Assembly (NCBI GenBank): GCA_964482915.1
Contig: CAYZYU010000002.1
Coordinates: forward strand, 3,339-67,338
DNA: 64,000 nucleotides
Source: Candidatus Woesearchaeota archaeon
GTDB taxonomy: Archaea > Nanobdellota > Nanobdellia > Pacearchaeales > GW2011-AR1
Direction of reading: 5' to 3'
The stretch's first letter is position 1, and each line of letters begins with the position of its first letter. Below, in pieces: positions 1 to 8,223 of this stretch. Position numbers and translations under genes: made by a program. Below the pieces are notes generated by a model, which did not search any database, had not been told where the DNA came from, and saw nothing but the letters and a program-made list of their open reading frames with translations.

Positions 1-127
1 AAATCTGTAGTGGAGATCACCCAGATCCAACTAAAAGACCCAAGCTTATAATTTCTTATTATTAATAACGTTTTATCTTGGTATTTATAGTGAGATATGT
101 TCTATTGTCTAATTTAATTTTTGAAAA

Positions 128-1018
128 ATGAAAAAGTTTGATTATTGGAGGTTATTCAATACGATGGTTATTGTAGCCATATTAATCATCGCTATTCTTA
201 TCCTCAAGAAAGTGAATCGTTGCTGCGATTGCAATGAAAAAAGTAATTCTCAGCAGGAAACAATCCTTACTCTTAGGGATGCAGGAATTGTTTATGACAC
301 CTTAAATCATCGGAAGGGTACATTAGTTTTGATGGATACTCTGATGATAGGTCAGCAAAGGCAGACATCCTTGATTATCTGGAACGATTGCCCAGAAAAG
401 CCGGTTAAAAAAGTTCCAAAACCTCCTAAGAAAAATTTACCTGTTACAACTAAGGTAAAGGAGGTTACTAATATTAATGTGAATGTTGCTCCTAAAGAAG
501 AGATTGTTAAGAGGGACACATGTCTGCAACTTTCTCCTTGCAATCCCGATACATTAAAGATTGAAGTTCAGAGCATTACCCCAAAAAGCACTTCATTGCT
601 TTATAAGAATTCATCTGTTCTCCCATCGTGTTTTACTAAGGATGGAAACAAATCTGAGTTTAATTATGATGTAATTCCAGATTTGCATTTGACGGACTAC
701 ACACGAAAGGCAAAAACCCATCTTATAATTGGGACAACTGCTGCACTTGCAGGGACAATAACTTATGCTTCAACCTGGTTTTCTGAGATACCTACTTTTG
801 TTGAGTACAATGGTTTACAACCATTCGATCCAGCTAATAAATACTACGACCGAAACATGCTCTCAAAACAGCATTTGAATACCTTAAAGACAGTAAGGGC
901 AGTTGGTATAGGTTTAGGTGCTCTTGGAGGTTTAGAGATTATTCATGGGATTATTTTATTAAAGCCAGCAGAACTAGACATTACCCCGCAAAGAATTTCT
1001 CTTAAGTATTCATTTTAA
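128..1018 (+). CDS. hypothetical membrane-anchored protein (N-terminal TM helix, Cys-rich juxtamembrane segment, Gly-rich hydrophobic C-terminus)
   Basis: 296-aa ORF with N-terminal hydrophobic helix MVIVAILIIAILIL, Pro/Lys-rich linker KPVKKVPKPPKK and C-terminal AVGIGLGALGGL segment. No family recognised. Confidence 0.4.
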   Translation: MKKFDYWRLFNTMVIVAILIIAILILKKVNRCCDCNEKSNSQQETILTLRDAGIVYDTLNHRKGTLVLMDTLMIGQQRQTSLIIWNDCPEKPVKKVPKPPKKNLPVTTKVKEVTNINVNVAPKEEIVKRDTCLQLSPCNPDTLKIEVQSITPKSTSLLYKNSSVLPSCFTKDGNKSEFNYDVIPDLHLTDYTRKAKTHLIIGTTAALAGTITYASTWFSEIPTFVEYNGLQPFDPANKYYDRNMLSKQHLNTLKTVRAVGIGLGALGGLEIIHGIILLKPAELDITPQRISLKYSF

Positions 1019-1054
1019 TTTAATCAATTTCTAATAATTTTAATATTCAAAATC

Positions 1055-2107
1055 ATGAAAAATTTTGTTAGGTTTTTAGTAGCTATCTTTGCAGTATTCT
1101 TTGTCAGTTCTTGCGAATATGATGACAATTTTATAATTGATGAACATGACGGCAAAGACGGCAAGGATGGAAGAGATACTGTGGAGAAAATTGAAGCAGT
1201 TAAAGATGCAACAGGCAGAAATGGCATCAAAGTTACTCTTTATTGGGATGATAACCGTGATGGTGTTTATAATTCAGGAGATACCCCGAAGAATATCTCT
1301 TATGTTCTATGGGATGGTATTAATGGTGAACCTGGAAAAACTCCAACTATGAATTATGGTATTCTTCCTTCAGCAACCTGTACTAGCGGATCTAAACTCT
1401 TTTTCGCTAGCTCTCTTGATGGAAAACCTTTGGGAGATACAGTTTACTTTTGTGTTCCTTCTAATGGAATCAATGGTCAGGATGGAGAAGACGGTGAAGA
1501 AGGCCAAAATGGTCTCAATGGTTTAACTCCTACACTCCAGACAATTGTTTACCCTTATGGGATTACCTATATCTGGTATATGAGGGAGACCAAGATATCC
1601 GAATACACCATTACAAATGGGAAAGACGGCAATCCTGCAACCTCCATTGTTTCTCTTACATTGGAATATAATTTTCAGGGAGCAGGAACGAGTTACTTTA
1701 ACAGCACCGGATTTATTTTGGATAACTTTGTTCTCAATGAAGGAGCACTCTACTTGGATAAATCTTCAGGTTCAGTCGCACTTCCTCCATTCAGCCAGAA
1801 TATGGATCTCCTTAGTTTGAGATTCAATTACGGAAGTAAAAAACCTTATGACGTAACTGTCAAAGCAGTTTATGCTGACAATTCAGAGGAAACAATAAAA
1901 ACAGTAAATCTGGAAGGCAATCCTACTTTTGATAGAAATGTCTATGCTACTTATTCGCAGTTTGAGTACTATGCGAATCTTGAAGACATTCAATTCAAGG
2001 ATATAAAAGCTATAAAAATCTACGGCACTCTTTCCGGAAAATGTGTGCCTGAGGACTTGTTTATAGATCAGGTTGTAATTTGCCTGCGCGATAGAAATGT
2101 TCATTAG
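1055..2107 (+). CDS. putative lipoprotein with short collagen-like Gly-X-Y repeats
   Basis: Signal peptide ending in lipobox-like VSSC. Gly-X-Y runs DGKDGKDGRD and GINGQDGEDGEEGQNGLNGL. 350 aa. No SD; ATG directly after an AT-rich leader. Confidence 0.5.
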   Translation: MKNFVRFLVAIFAVFFVSSCEYDDNFIIDEHDGKDGKDGRDTVEKIEAVKDATGRNGIKVTLYWDDNRDGVYNSGDTPKNISYVLWDGINGEPGKTPTMNYGILPSATCTSGSKLFFASSLDGKPLGDTVYFCVPSNGINGQDGEDGEEGQNGLNGLTPTLQTIVYPYGITYIWYMRETKISEYTITNGKDGNPATSIVSLTLEYNFQGAGTSYFNSTGFILDNFVLNEGALYLDKSSGSVALPPFSQNMDLLSLRFNYGSKKPYDVTVKAVYADNSEETIKTVNLEGNPTFDRNVYATYSQFEYYANLEDIQFKDIKAIKIYGTLSGKCVPEDLFIDQVVICLRDRNVH

Positions 2108-2176
2108 TCCTCCATTTGTAACGTTGAGTAGGACAAGGCTGATGAGATGAGGCTCTTGTATGATTTTTCTGGATGT

Positions 2177-2236
2177 GGAAACCCTCGTTGTATAACCTGA
2201 TAAAAATTATTCAAACCTCGGGGGTTTCCTTTTTAT
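2177..2236 (+). terminator. hairpin plus T-tract terminator (GGAAACCCTCG ... CGGGGGTTTCC TTTTTATT)
   Basis: 11-bp inverted repeat 2177-2187 / 2219-2229, followed directly by TTTTTATT, downstream of the collagen-like lipoprotein gene. Confidence 0.5.
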
Positions 2237-2261
2237 TATTGACAAATTAATTTCAAAACTT

Positions 2262-2286
2262 AAAAATAAATTTGGAGGACCAAAAA
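2262..2286 (+). promoter_or_regulatory. conserved leader and Shine-Dalgarno motif TTTGGAGGACCAAAAA
   Basis: One of three near-identical 5' leaders (2270, 4644, 6152) carrying GGAGGA 7-9 nt before the ATG. Confidence 0.45.
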
Positions 2287-2769
2287 ATGAAAGAACAAGA
2301 TTTATTAATTTCTCATAAGAGAACGGAAAAGATTGCTCACACACTTTCTCTTATTTCTTTAATAGGAATAATCGAAGGAATCATCTTTGGATGTTTATAT
2401 CTTATCTATGAAAATCCAATCTACGATTCTCTGGCAGTAGTGGGATTAACTGTATTTATTTTCCCATTTGTTTTGCTCCAGTTTTTTATGAGCGCAGGTC
2501 TTTATGGAGAAGGAATGGGTTGGCTTTATCTACTTTTTTATGCTATTCTATTTCCATTTATTGACATGTGGTTCTTTGCCGGATTAAATTCTCTCTTCAA
2601 TGTTCTACCCAATTATCATCTTGTTGAAGGAATGATGAGGGAAGAATTCATGACAAAATCCTGGATATGTATAGGGATTATCTATCTTTTAGTTAACTGT
2701 TCTGGATTTCTATACAGATCATTCAAAAAACCAATAAACAATCATGCCCTGCTTTTTCTGAATCTATAA
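2287..2769 (+). CDS. small polytopic membrane protein (about 4 TM)
   Basis: The ORF track starts at 2272 (MEDQKM), but ATGGAGGACC there is the SD itself. The true start is probably ATG 2287 (MKEQDL), 8 nt after GGAGGA. Hydrophobic segments throughout. Confidence 0.45.
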   Translation: MKEQDLLISHKRTEKIAHTLSLISLIGIIEGIIFGCLYLIYENPIYDSLAVVGLTVFIFPFVLLQFFMSAGLYGEGMGWLYLLFYAILFPFIDMWFFAGLNSLFNVLPNYHLVEGMMREEFMTKSWICIGIIYLLVNCSGFLYRSFKKPINNHALLFLNL

Positions 2770-3017
2770 AGAAATAAGTTTCTGATTCTTCCTGCACCTT
2801 TATTGGTGTTGCTTTCGAAGGTTCCTGTGCGTTCTTTTATCCAATAGCTTTCTTTGCAGGAGCCTTCTTTTTCTATTGAATATCCTACTCTGCATTTAAG
2901 CAGAACAATATATTCTCTATTATTATTTATAAATTAAAAACGGAGGTAAAATTTGAAACAACTCTACTCCTAACTTTTAGTTAGTGTTTTTTATTGTTTA
3001 ACTAAATCTTAAGAGTA

Positions 3018-3653
3018 ATGAAAAAGTTTTTTGTTTTGCTGGTTATTTCTTTCTTCTCTTTCTTCACTAATTGTGAAAAGATCGAGACGATTGAGGAAAC
3101 TGTTGATCCGCAACCTAAATTGGTTCGCGAATTCTTGAATTCACAAGATTTCAAGAATAATGAGTGTTTATTTGAAAACTATGGCCAAATTGGTGTAGGG
3201 ACAGTTGAATTGCTGGAAATTCCAATAGATTCAGCATACAACATAATGATACCAATAAAGAGAGAAGATACTCTTAAGGCTTACATTCAGGTAATTAAAT
3301 TACCTAAAGGTGAACTTCCAGATGGAGGGACATACCTTATGAACTTCATTGATATGACTCGTTTTGACAATCCAACATTGACAGGATATGTTAGGATGCT
3401 TGGAGTTAATTATGGTTACTTTGAACATTCTACTTTTAGAGTAGAAAACAATATAATCGTTACTTCGAATTACAACCCAACTCCTGCTCACTATCTGGAT
3501 GAGCAAACAAAAGGCATTAGAGACTTTTTAGCCTGTTACAGGGCAACGAGGAGTTCAATGGATAATGATGATGTTCTTTATTTCCTTTGTGATGTGGTAG
3601 GAAGTGTCTGTGCTGCTTCAGCAGCTGCTTATTGTATTTTTATGCAACAATAA
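3018..3653 (+). CDS. secreted/lipoprotein, hypothetical
   Basis: Signal peptide MKKFFVLLVISFFSFFTNC with lipobox-like Cys, several Cys further on, 211 aa. Confidence 0.45.
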   Translation: MKKFFVLLVISFFSFFTNCEKIETIEETVDPQPKLVREFLNSQDFKNNECLFENYGQIGVGTVELLEIPIDSAYNIMIPIKREDTLKAYIQVIKLPKGELPDGGTYLMNFIDMTRFDNPTLTGYVRMLGVNYGYFEHSTFRVENNIIVTSNYNPTPAHYLDEQTKGIRDFLACYRATRSSMDNDDVLYFLCDVVGSVCAASAAAYCIFMQQ

Positions 3654-3865
3654 ATATTAAAGCTATGAATACAATAATGTTAATATTGATATTGGTCCTG
3701 ATTTTGCTCCTCATACTACTTACAATACTTTCTATTAAATGGGTAGTACGTAGCAAAAATGAACCACTGAAGATGATTGCAATTATTGCAGGATATCTTG
3801 TAACTGCTTTTGTAGTAATGGCAGTTATGATTTTTCTTATTGCAAAACTAAGGGGAGTCTTTTAA
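3632..3865 (+). CDS. small membrane protein (2 TM)
   Basis: 77-aa ORF, almost entirely hydrophobic (LILILVLILLLILL). Overlaps the end of the previous gene and is followed by the hairpin terminator at 3882. Confidence 0.3.
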   Translation: MYFYATINIKAMNTIMLILILVLILLLILLTILSIKWVVRSKNEPLKMIAIIAGYLVTAFVVMAVMIFLIAKLRGVF

Positions 3866-3881
3866 TTGATTCCTTGATTTC

Positions 3882-3933
3882 GAAACCCCATTAGGTTTTC
3901 TTCTTCATTTTACCTCTTGGGGTTTCTTTATTG
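3882..3933 (+). terminator. hairpin plus T-tract terminator (GAAACCCCA ... TGGGGTTTC TTTATT)
   Basis: 9-bp inverted repeat 3882-3890 / 3918-3926, followed by a T-tract. Confidence 0.5.
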
Positions 3934-4025
3934 AAAATAATAATCTGTTTTTAACAGAACAACATATCATCAGTTTGCAACTATATAGCAAAATAAATTT
4001 ATTGTTTAACTAAAATTTTACGCGT

Positions 4026-4556
4026 ATGAAAAAGATTGTATTTTTGTTCATTATTTTTGCTCTTGCTCTAGGAGCAGGTTGTAAAAAGGAAGAGGTTATT
4101 GTTGAAGCTCCTCCTCCACCGCCTCCTCCGCCGAAGCAAACTGAGCAGGAACTTATTAAAGGATTTGTATCAATGCTTCCTCAACTTGAGCCTGGAAAAG
4201 CAGTTAACGTTCAGGTTGATAAAGAGAAGTTTATCTCAGGAGAATCTGAGTTCTCTGTTTCTCTGTTTCCATTAGAGTTTCTTACTCCGGCAGAGAAGCC
4301 TTATGTTGTAAAGTACATGTTTCCTTCTGTTGTATGGAGATATGATGATTTCCAACTTCCTATAGTCGATTTGGAGAATTATTTTACATGCACAGAACCG
4401 GGAGACAAGATTTGGATAATTAAAGAATCTCCAAATCCGGCTAAACCCTTTGAGCAAGCTCCAACTCTTTTAGTTGAAGCAAGCGAAGGAAAATTCTGGG
4501 TTCTTGACCAGAATGGTAATGAGATGCCTTTACGAGCGAACTGGCCAAATAAATAA
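4026..4556 (+). CDS. lipoprotein with poly-proline linker
   Basis: Signal peptide plus lipobox LALGAGC, then a PPPPPPPPK linker. 176 aa. Followed by the hairpin terminator at 4577. Confidence 0.5.
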   Translation: MKKIVFLFIIFALALGAGCKKEEVIVEAPPPPPPPPKQTEQELIKGFVSMLPQLEPGKAVNVQVDKEKFISGESEFSVSLFPLEFLTPAEKPYVVKYMFPSVVWRYDDFQLPIVDLENYFTCTEPGDKIWIIKESPNPAKPFEQAPTLLVEASEGKFWVLDQNGNEMPLRANWPNK

Positions 4557-4576
4557 ACTAGTTTGTTCTGATTCTA

Positions 4577-4616
4577 AACCCCTGATTGAAATTTTCCCTC
4601 AGGGGTTTTCTTTTTA
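4577..4616 (+). terminator. hairpin plus T-tract terminator (AAACCCCTGA ... TCAGGGGTTT TCTTTTT)
   Basis: 10-bp perfect inverted repeat 4577-4586 / 4599-4608, followed by a T-tract. Confidence 0.55.
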
Positions 4617-4639
4617 TTATTTTAATTATTAACTGATTA

Positions 4640-4657
4640 AAATTTTGGAGGACAAAA
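4640..4657 (+). promoter_or_regulatory. conserved leader and Shine-Dalgarno motif TTTGGAGGACAAAA
   Basis: Same motif as at 2270 and 6152, directly in front of the unlisted 47-aa ORF. Confidence 0.45.
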
Positions 4658-4801
4658 ATGAAAAAGAAAATTAAAGCCTATTCTGATAATGAACCTTTTT
4701 GGAAGGTAATTGTCTTGGATTGGGGACCAATGATTTTAATTACAGCAGTGTTTGTCTTAGCATTATTGGACGAGCTGCGTGTAATTGATTTGGTAAAGTA
4801 A
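4658..4801 (+). CDS. small membrane protein (47 aa), missing from the ORF track (probably below its length cutoff)
   Basis: ATG at 4658 sits 8 nt after the conserved TTTGGAGGACAAAA leader. It encodes MKKKIKAYSDNEPFWKVIVLDWGPMILITAVFVLALLDELRVIDLVK, is flanked upstream by the terminator at 4577-4616, and is followed by the hairpin at 4831-4872. Confidence 0.35.
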   Translation: MKKKIKAYSDNEPFWKVIVLDWGPMILITAVFVLALLDELRVIDLVK

Positions 4802-4830
4802 TGGATGACTTGTTTCAGTTGTTATGTTTA

Positions 4831-4872
4831 AAACCTCCTTAGAATGTCATTTGTTCCCAGGAGGTTTTTTTA
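4831..4872 (+). terminator. hairpin plus T-tract terminator (AAACCTCCT ... AGGAGGTTT TTTTT)
   Basis: 8-9 bp inverted repeat followed by T7, after the 47-aa ORF. Confidence 0.5.
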
Positions 4873-4905
4873 TTTCTTATTGTTTAACAATTTAATTTCT
4901 GTCTA

Positions 4906-5205
4906 ATGAAAAAAGACAAACAACTCAATTACGAGGTTAATGAACCTTCCAATAAATGGAAAGATTCTTTGGGTTTTCTATTAATCCTATTAATCTTTTC
5001 CATTTTAGAGCTCTATGGAATACTTTGGTTTCCAGAAAAATTTCCAAACTGGATAGAGACTATTTATAAAATTATTATCCCGATTTTATTTCTAGTCATT
5101 TGTTTTGGTTGGTTTGTTTCCAGTTTCATAGTAAATTACATGAACGGCCTTGAGGATGAAACTTCTGTTGAAGAAGAAATCGAATCTACTTTTTCAAATA
5201 AATAA
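4906..5205 (+). CDS. small membrane protein (2 TM) with acidic C-terminus
   Basis: 99-aa ORF with two hydrophobic helices and tail EDETSVEEEIES. Confidence 0.35.
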   Translation: MKKDKQLNYEVNEPSNKWKDSLGFLLILLIFSILELYGILWFPEKFPNWIETIYKIIIPILFLVICFGWFVSSFIVNYMNGLEDETSVEEEIESTFSNK

Positions 5206-5233
5206 AATTTTTTAATTAATAGGAGATTTAATA

Positions 5234-5416
5234 ATGGAAATATCAGAAGAAAAATCCAGACAACAAAAAAATGAAAAACCAAGACAACTTCGGTTTCTCA
5301 ACCCTGAAAAGATTGTAAAGGGAGAAAACTATTACCGCAAGCATACAAAGGTTAATCGTCACAAAATGCAAGGAAAAAACAAAATCCAGCTGAGAGACGA
5401 ACGTTCAGAGTATTAA
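5234..5416 (+). CDS. small basic protein, hypothetical
   Basis: 60-aa Lys/Arg-rich ORF preceded by SD-like TAGGAGA 7 nt upstream. Confidence 0.25.
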   Translation: MEISEEKSRQQKNEKPRQLRFLNPEKIVKGENYYRKHTKVNRHKMQGKNKIQLRDERSEY

Positions 5417-5481
5417 GATAAATTCAATATCTTTAAATTTTATTATATTTAATCTTAATTAATTGAAAGGAGGGCAACATC

Positions 5482-5724
5482 ATGAAAAGACACGAGGCAA
5501 ATAAGAAAATTATAAACTTTCTGAAAATACATCAATGGTCACTTTTTTCAGGAGTTTTTCTTCTTTTCTTAGATTTGCCATTTTGGCTTGTTTTTGTAGA
5601 AGGCAACAGGGATTATGGTCCTTGGGCAAGAACAGTAGCGGTAATAATTTTCGCTGCAAGTATCGTTTTACTTTTTAGTTCTGCTATTGCGTATCGCAAA
5701 GCTAGGGATGTAAAAAACATCTGA
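5482..5724 (+). CDS. small membrane protein (2 TM)
   Basis: SD AAGGAGGG upstream, two hydrophobic helices, followed by the hairpin terminator at 5738-5772. Confidence 0.35.
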   Translation: MKRHEANKKIINFLKIHQWSLFSGVFLLFLDLPFWLVFVEGNRDYGPWARTVAVIIFAASIVLLFSSAIAYRKARDVKNI

Positions 5725-5737
5725 TTAGCGCTATCAA

Positions 5738-5772
5738 AAGGGCATTTCTTAATTTTAGACTTGCCCTTTTTT
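5738..5772 (+). terminator. hairpin plus T-tract terminator (AAGGGCA ... TGCCCTT TTTTC)
   Basis: 7-bp inverted repeat followed by T6, after the 5482..5724 gene. Confidence 0.45.
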
Positions 5773-5849
5773 CTTTTGAAAATAATACTCTGCAGTTTAG
5801 GCAGGACAAAATATAATCAATTAATATTAACTTTTTAAAAATTAAATTT

Positions 5850-6098
5850 ATGAAAAAGGAAAATACCATGAATCTTCTAAAAGTAGTTGCCTATGCATTC
5901 GGTATAGAGGCAATTTTAGGCTTTCTATCCTTCTGTATTCTTTGGGTGGTTGTAGAGAAGATAGATCCTTATAACCTCGTTTGGTGGGCATATATTCTTC
6001 TTTGGGCGTTTAGATTGTCTTTTCCTTCAGCAGTTATAAGTTTGATTATCTTATTGTACTTAAGGAAACAGCAATTGAGAGGACAATCTTTTACTTGA
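5850..6098 (+). CDS. small membrane protein (2-3 TM)
   Basis: 82 aa, hydrophobic, Trp-rich (LVWWAYILLWAF). Confidence 0.35.
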   Translation: MKKENTMNLLKVVAYAFGIEAILGFLSFCILWVVVEKIDPYNLVWWAYILLWAFRLSFPSAVISLIILLYLRKQQLRGQSFT

Positions 6099-6141
6099 AA
6101 GATTAAATCTCTTAGCATTGAATTAATTTTTATTTACCCAT

Positions 6142-6164
6142 TTAAACATTTGGAGGACAAAATT
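6142..6164 (+). promoter_or_regulatory. conserved leader and Shine-Dalgarno motif TTTGGAGGACAAAATT
   Basis: Same motif as at 2270 and 4644. Confidence 0.45.
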
Positions 6165-6842
6165 ATGACACAAAAGAGTCAAAATCATAAGTGGTCTGTT
6201 GGGATATTAATCTTTGAAAGCATTTTTCTCGGATGGAATATCCTTCTTCTTTTTAGTTTTGGAAGAGACTCAGGGAATTATCCAGCTTGGGCTGCAAATA
6301 GTTTCTTTGTTACCCAGACACTCTTATTTATATTGATTATACCTTCTGTATTTGCAATTCGCTTTTTGTTAAAAGAAGAGGCTGCAAAGAGGCACGAGAG
6401 GAAATTATTAAGGTTAAAAAGGCAAAAAGAAGAAGATCTTTTAAGGATGCAATGCACAGACCTTGATAAAGCATGTCAAAAGATTGACGTGGAAAGATTT
6501 CATGAACTTTGCAAAAGAACAGGTAGAAGTTCTTTTACCCACGATGAGCTCATAAAGGAGGGTTGTGTAAAAGAGATTGAAGAAAAACCAAAAGACGAGA
6601 ATATAAAAGAAATATTTACTTCTAAAGAAATTGAACAGGCCTTGTTAATTCTTAAAAGCAAACTTGATGGAATTGCTGATGATTGGAATCGTAAACCGGA
6701 TAAAATAGTATTAGATTTTATAAAGAACAAATCATATTCGAAGAATGAAGCGAGAGATACTTTATTAAAATTTAAACATTATTATGAACCGATAATAGAC
6801 ACTTTCTGTTCTGATGAAATTATTGAAGGATGTTTACTTTGA
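6165..6842 (+). CDS. membrane protein with charged cytoplasmic C-terminal domain
   Basis: The ORF track starts at 6150 (MEDKIM), which is the GGAGGAC SD motif read as codons. Likely start is ATG 6165 (MTQKSQ). Two N-terminal TM helices, then a Lys/Glu-rich, Cys-containing soluble domain. Confidence 0.4.
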   Translation: MTQKSQNHKWSVGILIFESIFLGWNILLLFSFGRDSGNYPAWAANSFFVTQTLLFILIIPSVFAIRFLLKEEAAKRHERKLLRLKRQKEEDLLRMQCTDLDKACQKIDVERFHELCKRTGRSSFTHDELIKEGCVKEIEEKPKDENIKEIFTSKEIEQALLILKSKLDGIADDWNRKPDKIVLDFIKNKSYSKNEARDTLLKFKHYYEPIIDTFCSDEIIEGCLL

Positions 6843-7002
6843 GATAATCAAAAAATAACCTGTTTATTTTAATTAAAACTCAAAAAGGTATCTCTTACTT
6901 ATTAAGATTTACCTTTTTTTTGTAATAATATATGAAAATAATTTCATATATTATATGCCTCTTATATAATTTAATAATATTTTTTTTGCAAAATTTCTGC
7001 CT

Positions 7003-7710
7003 TTACTTGCTTAACTTCTTTCCAAGTTCTGCCAAATCTTTCTGAAGAGCTTCTATAGCCTTAGTAAATATACTCTTGGCATCTATTTGACCAAATGATT
7101 CTAATGTGATTATCCTCCCACCGGTTGTTTTTACTTCAACTTTTCTGTTGTATTTTTCAGCAAGGCCCTCACAAATATCTCCCATCTCCTTTTCTTTATC
7201 ATCTATAATTAAGTACTTATCTCCTTTCTGCTTTATCTCAACATTAGGATAAGCATTCTTTAACTTTTCTGCAACTTCTTTGTCTGCATATATCTCTGAT
7301 ATTTCCCTATAATTCATCATCCCTGGAGAAAATTTAGCATGTTCCTGCCCAACTCCCATCTTTATAGTTGCAGTTAATTCTATCTCTTGTCCTTCACTTA
7401 AGAGAGTTATAGGTATCTTAGGATATACTACTTCAAAATCTCCTTTTAATGAACCAGAATATACTATCCCTTTATCTTGAGAGGTTAATTTTAATTTTCC
7501 TTCTTTCTTGCTAGACTGTTTTAAAGGTACTAACCCTAATCTGTGAGCTAAAGTTTCATCATATAAAGGAGAATCATTTTTTGCTATTTCAACTTCATCG
7601 ATTGCAGCAATCTGAATCTGACCCACATATCTTCTTATAGCATTAGCCAAACTATCTTCAATATCTGCTTTGAATGTGTATTTGTTTTCTGTCTTGTTTA
7701 TTGTTTCCAT
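7003..7710 (-). CDS. rpoD: DNA-directed RNA polymerase subunit D (Rpo3)
   Basis: Motif NAIRRYVGQIQIAAIDEVEIAKNDSPLYDETLAHRLGLVPL matches the conserved Rpo3/RpoD signature. Last gene of the S13-S4-S11-RpoD operon, as in other archaea. Confidence 0.85.
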   Translation of the reverse strand: METINKTENKYTFKADIEDSLANAIRRYVGQIQIAAIDEVEIAKNDSPLYDETLAHRLGLVPLKQSSKKEGKLKLTSQDKGIVYSGSLKGDFEVVYPKIPITLLSEGQEIELTATIKMGVGQEHAKFSPGMMNYREISEIYADKEVAEKLKNAYPNVEIKQKGDKYLIIDDKEKEMGDICEGLAEKYNRKVEVKTTGGRIITLESFGQIDAKSIFTKAIEALQKDLAELGKKLSK

Positions 7711-7730
7711 TTTGTTTTTTATTTTCTACC

Positions 7731-8222
7731 TTATACTCTTCTACCCCTTCTTCCTCCCTTCTTCTTTGGTCCTCCACGCGGAACTCTTGTAGTATCAAGA
7801 ATATTTATTATTTTAAATCCTTCTCTTGATAAACTTTTTATTATTGCATTGGCTCCAGGCCCGGGACCAGTACTCCCGGTTTTTGCTCTTATTCTAACAT
7901 ATAATGATCTTATTCCTTTATCTTTCATATTCTCAGATATTCTTTTTGCAATAAACATAGCTATTGTAGGATTTGCTTTAAGTCTGCTATGTTTAGTAAC
8001 CATCCCTCCGGAGACCTTAGCTAAAGTTCTTCCAGAAGCATCAGTTACATGAGCAATAGTATTATTAAATGAAGTATAAATATTCAATACAGCTTCAATA
8101 TCCTTTTCTTTTTTCTTAACTGCATGCTTTTCTTCTGAATCTGGTTCTTCTACTGTTTCTTCTACTGTTTCTTTTTCATTCTCCTCAGGAGAATTATCTT
8201 CTTCAACTTCTTCTTTTGGCAT
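7731..8222 (-). CDS. rps11: 30S ribosomal protein S11 (uS11) with acidic N-terminal extension
   Basis: C-terminal ASGRTLAKVSGGM...YVRIRAKTGSTGPGPGANAIIKSL is uS11. About 40 aa of Glu-rich N-terminal extension. Confidence 0.9.
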   Translation of the reverse strand: MPKEEVEEDNSPEENEKETVEETVEEPDSEEKHAVKKKEKDIEAVLNIYTSFNNTIAHVTDASGRTLAKVSGGMVTKHSRLKANPTIAMFIAKRISENMKDKGIRSLYVRIRAKTGSTGPGPGANAIIKSLSREGFKIINILDTTRVPRGGPKKKGGRRGRRV

Positions 8223-8223
8223 T

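Noticed and set aside
2272-2286. N-terminal MEDQK of the 2272 ORF (and MEDKI of the 6150 ORF)
   Set aside because: ATGGAGGAC is the conserved Shine-Dalgarno leader. The downstream ATG has the proper 7-9 nt spacing.
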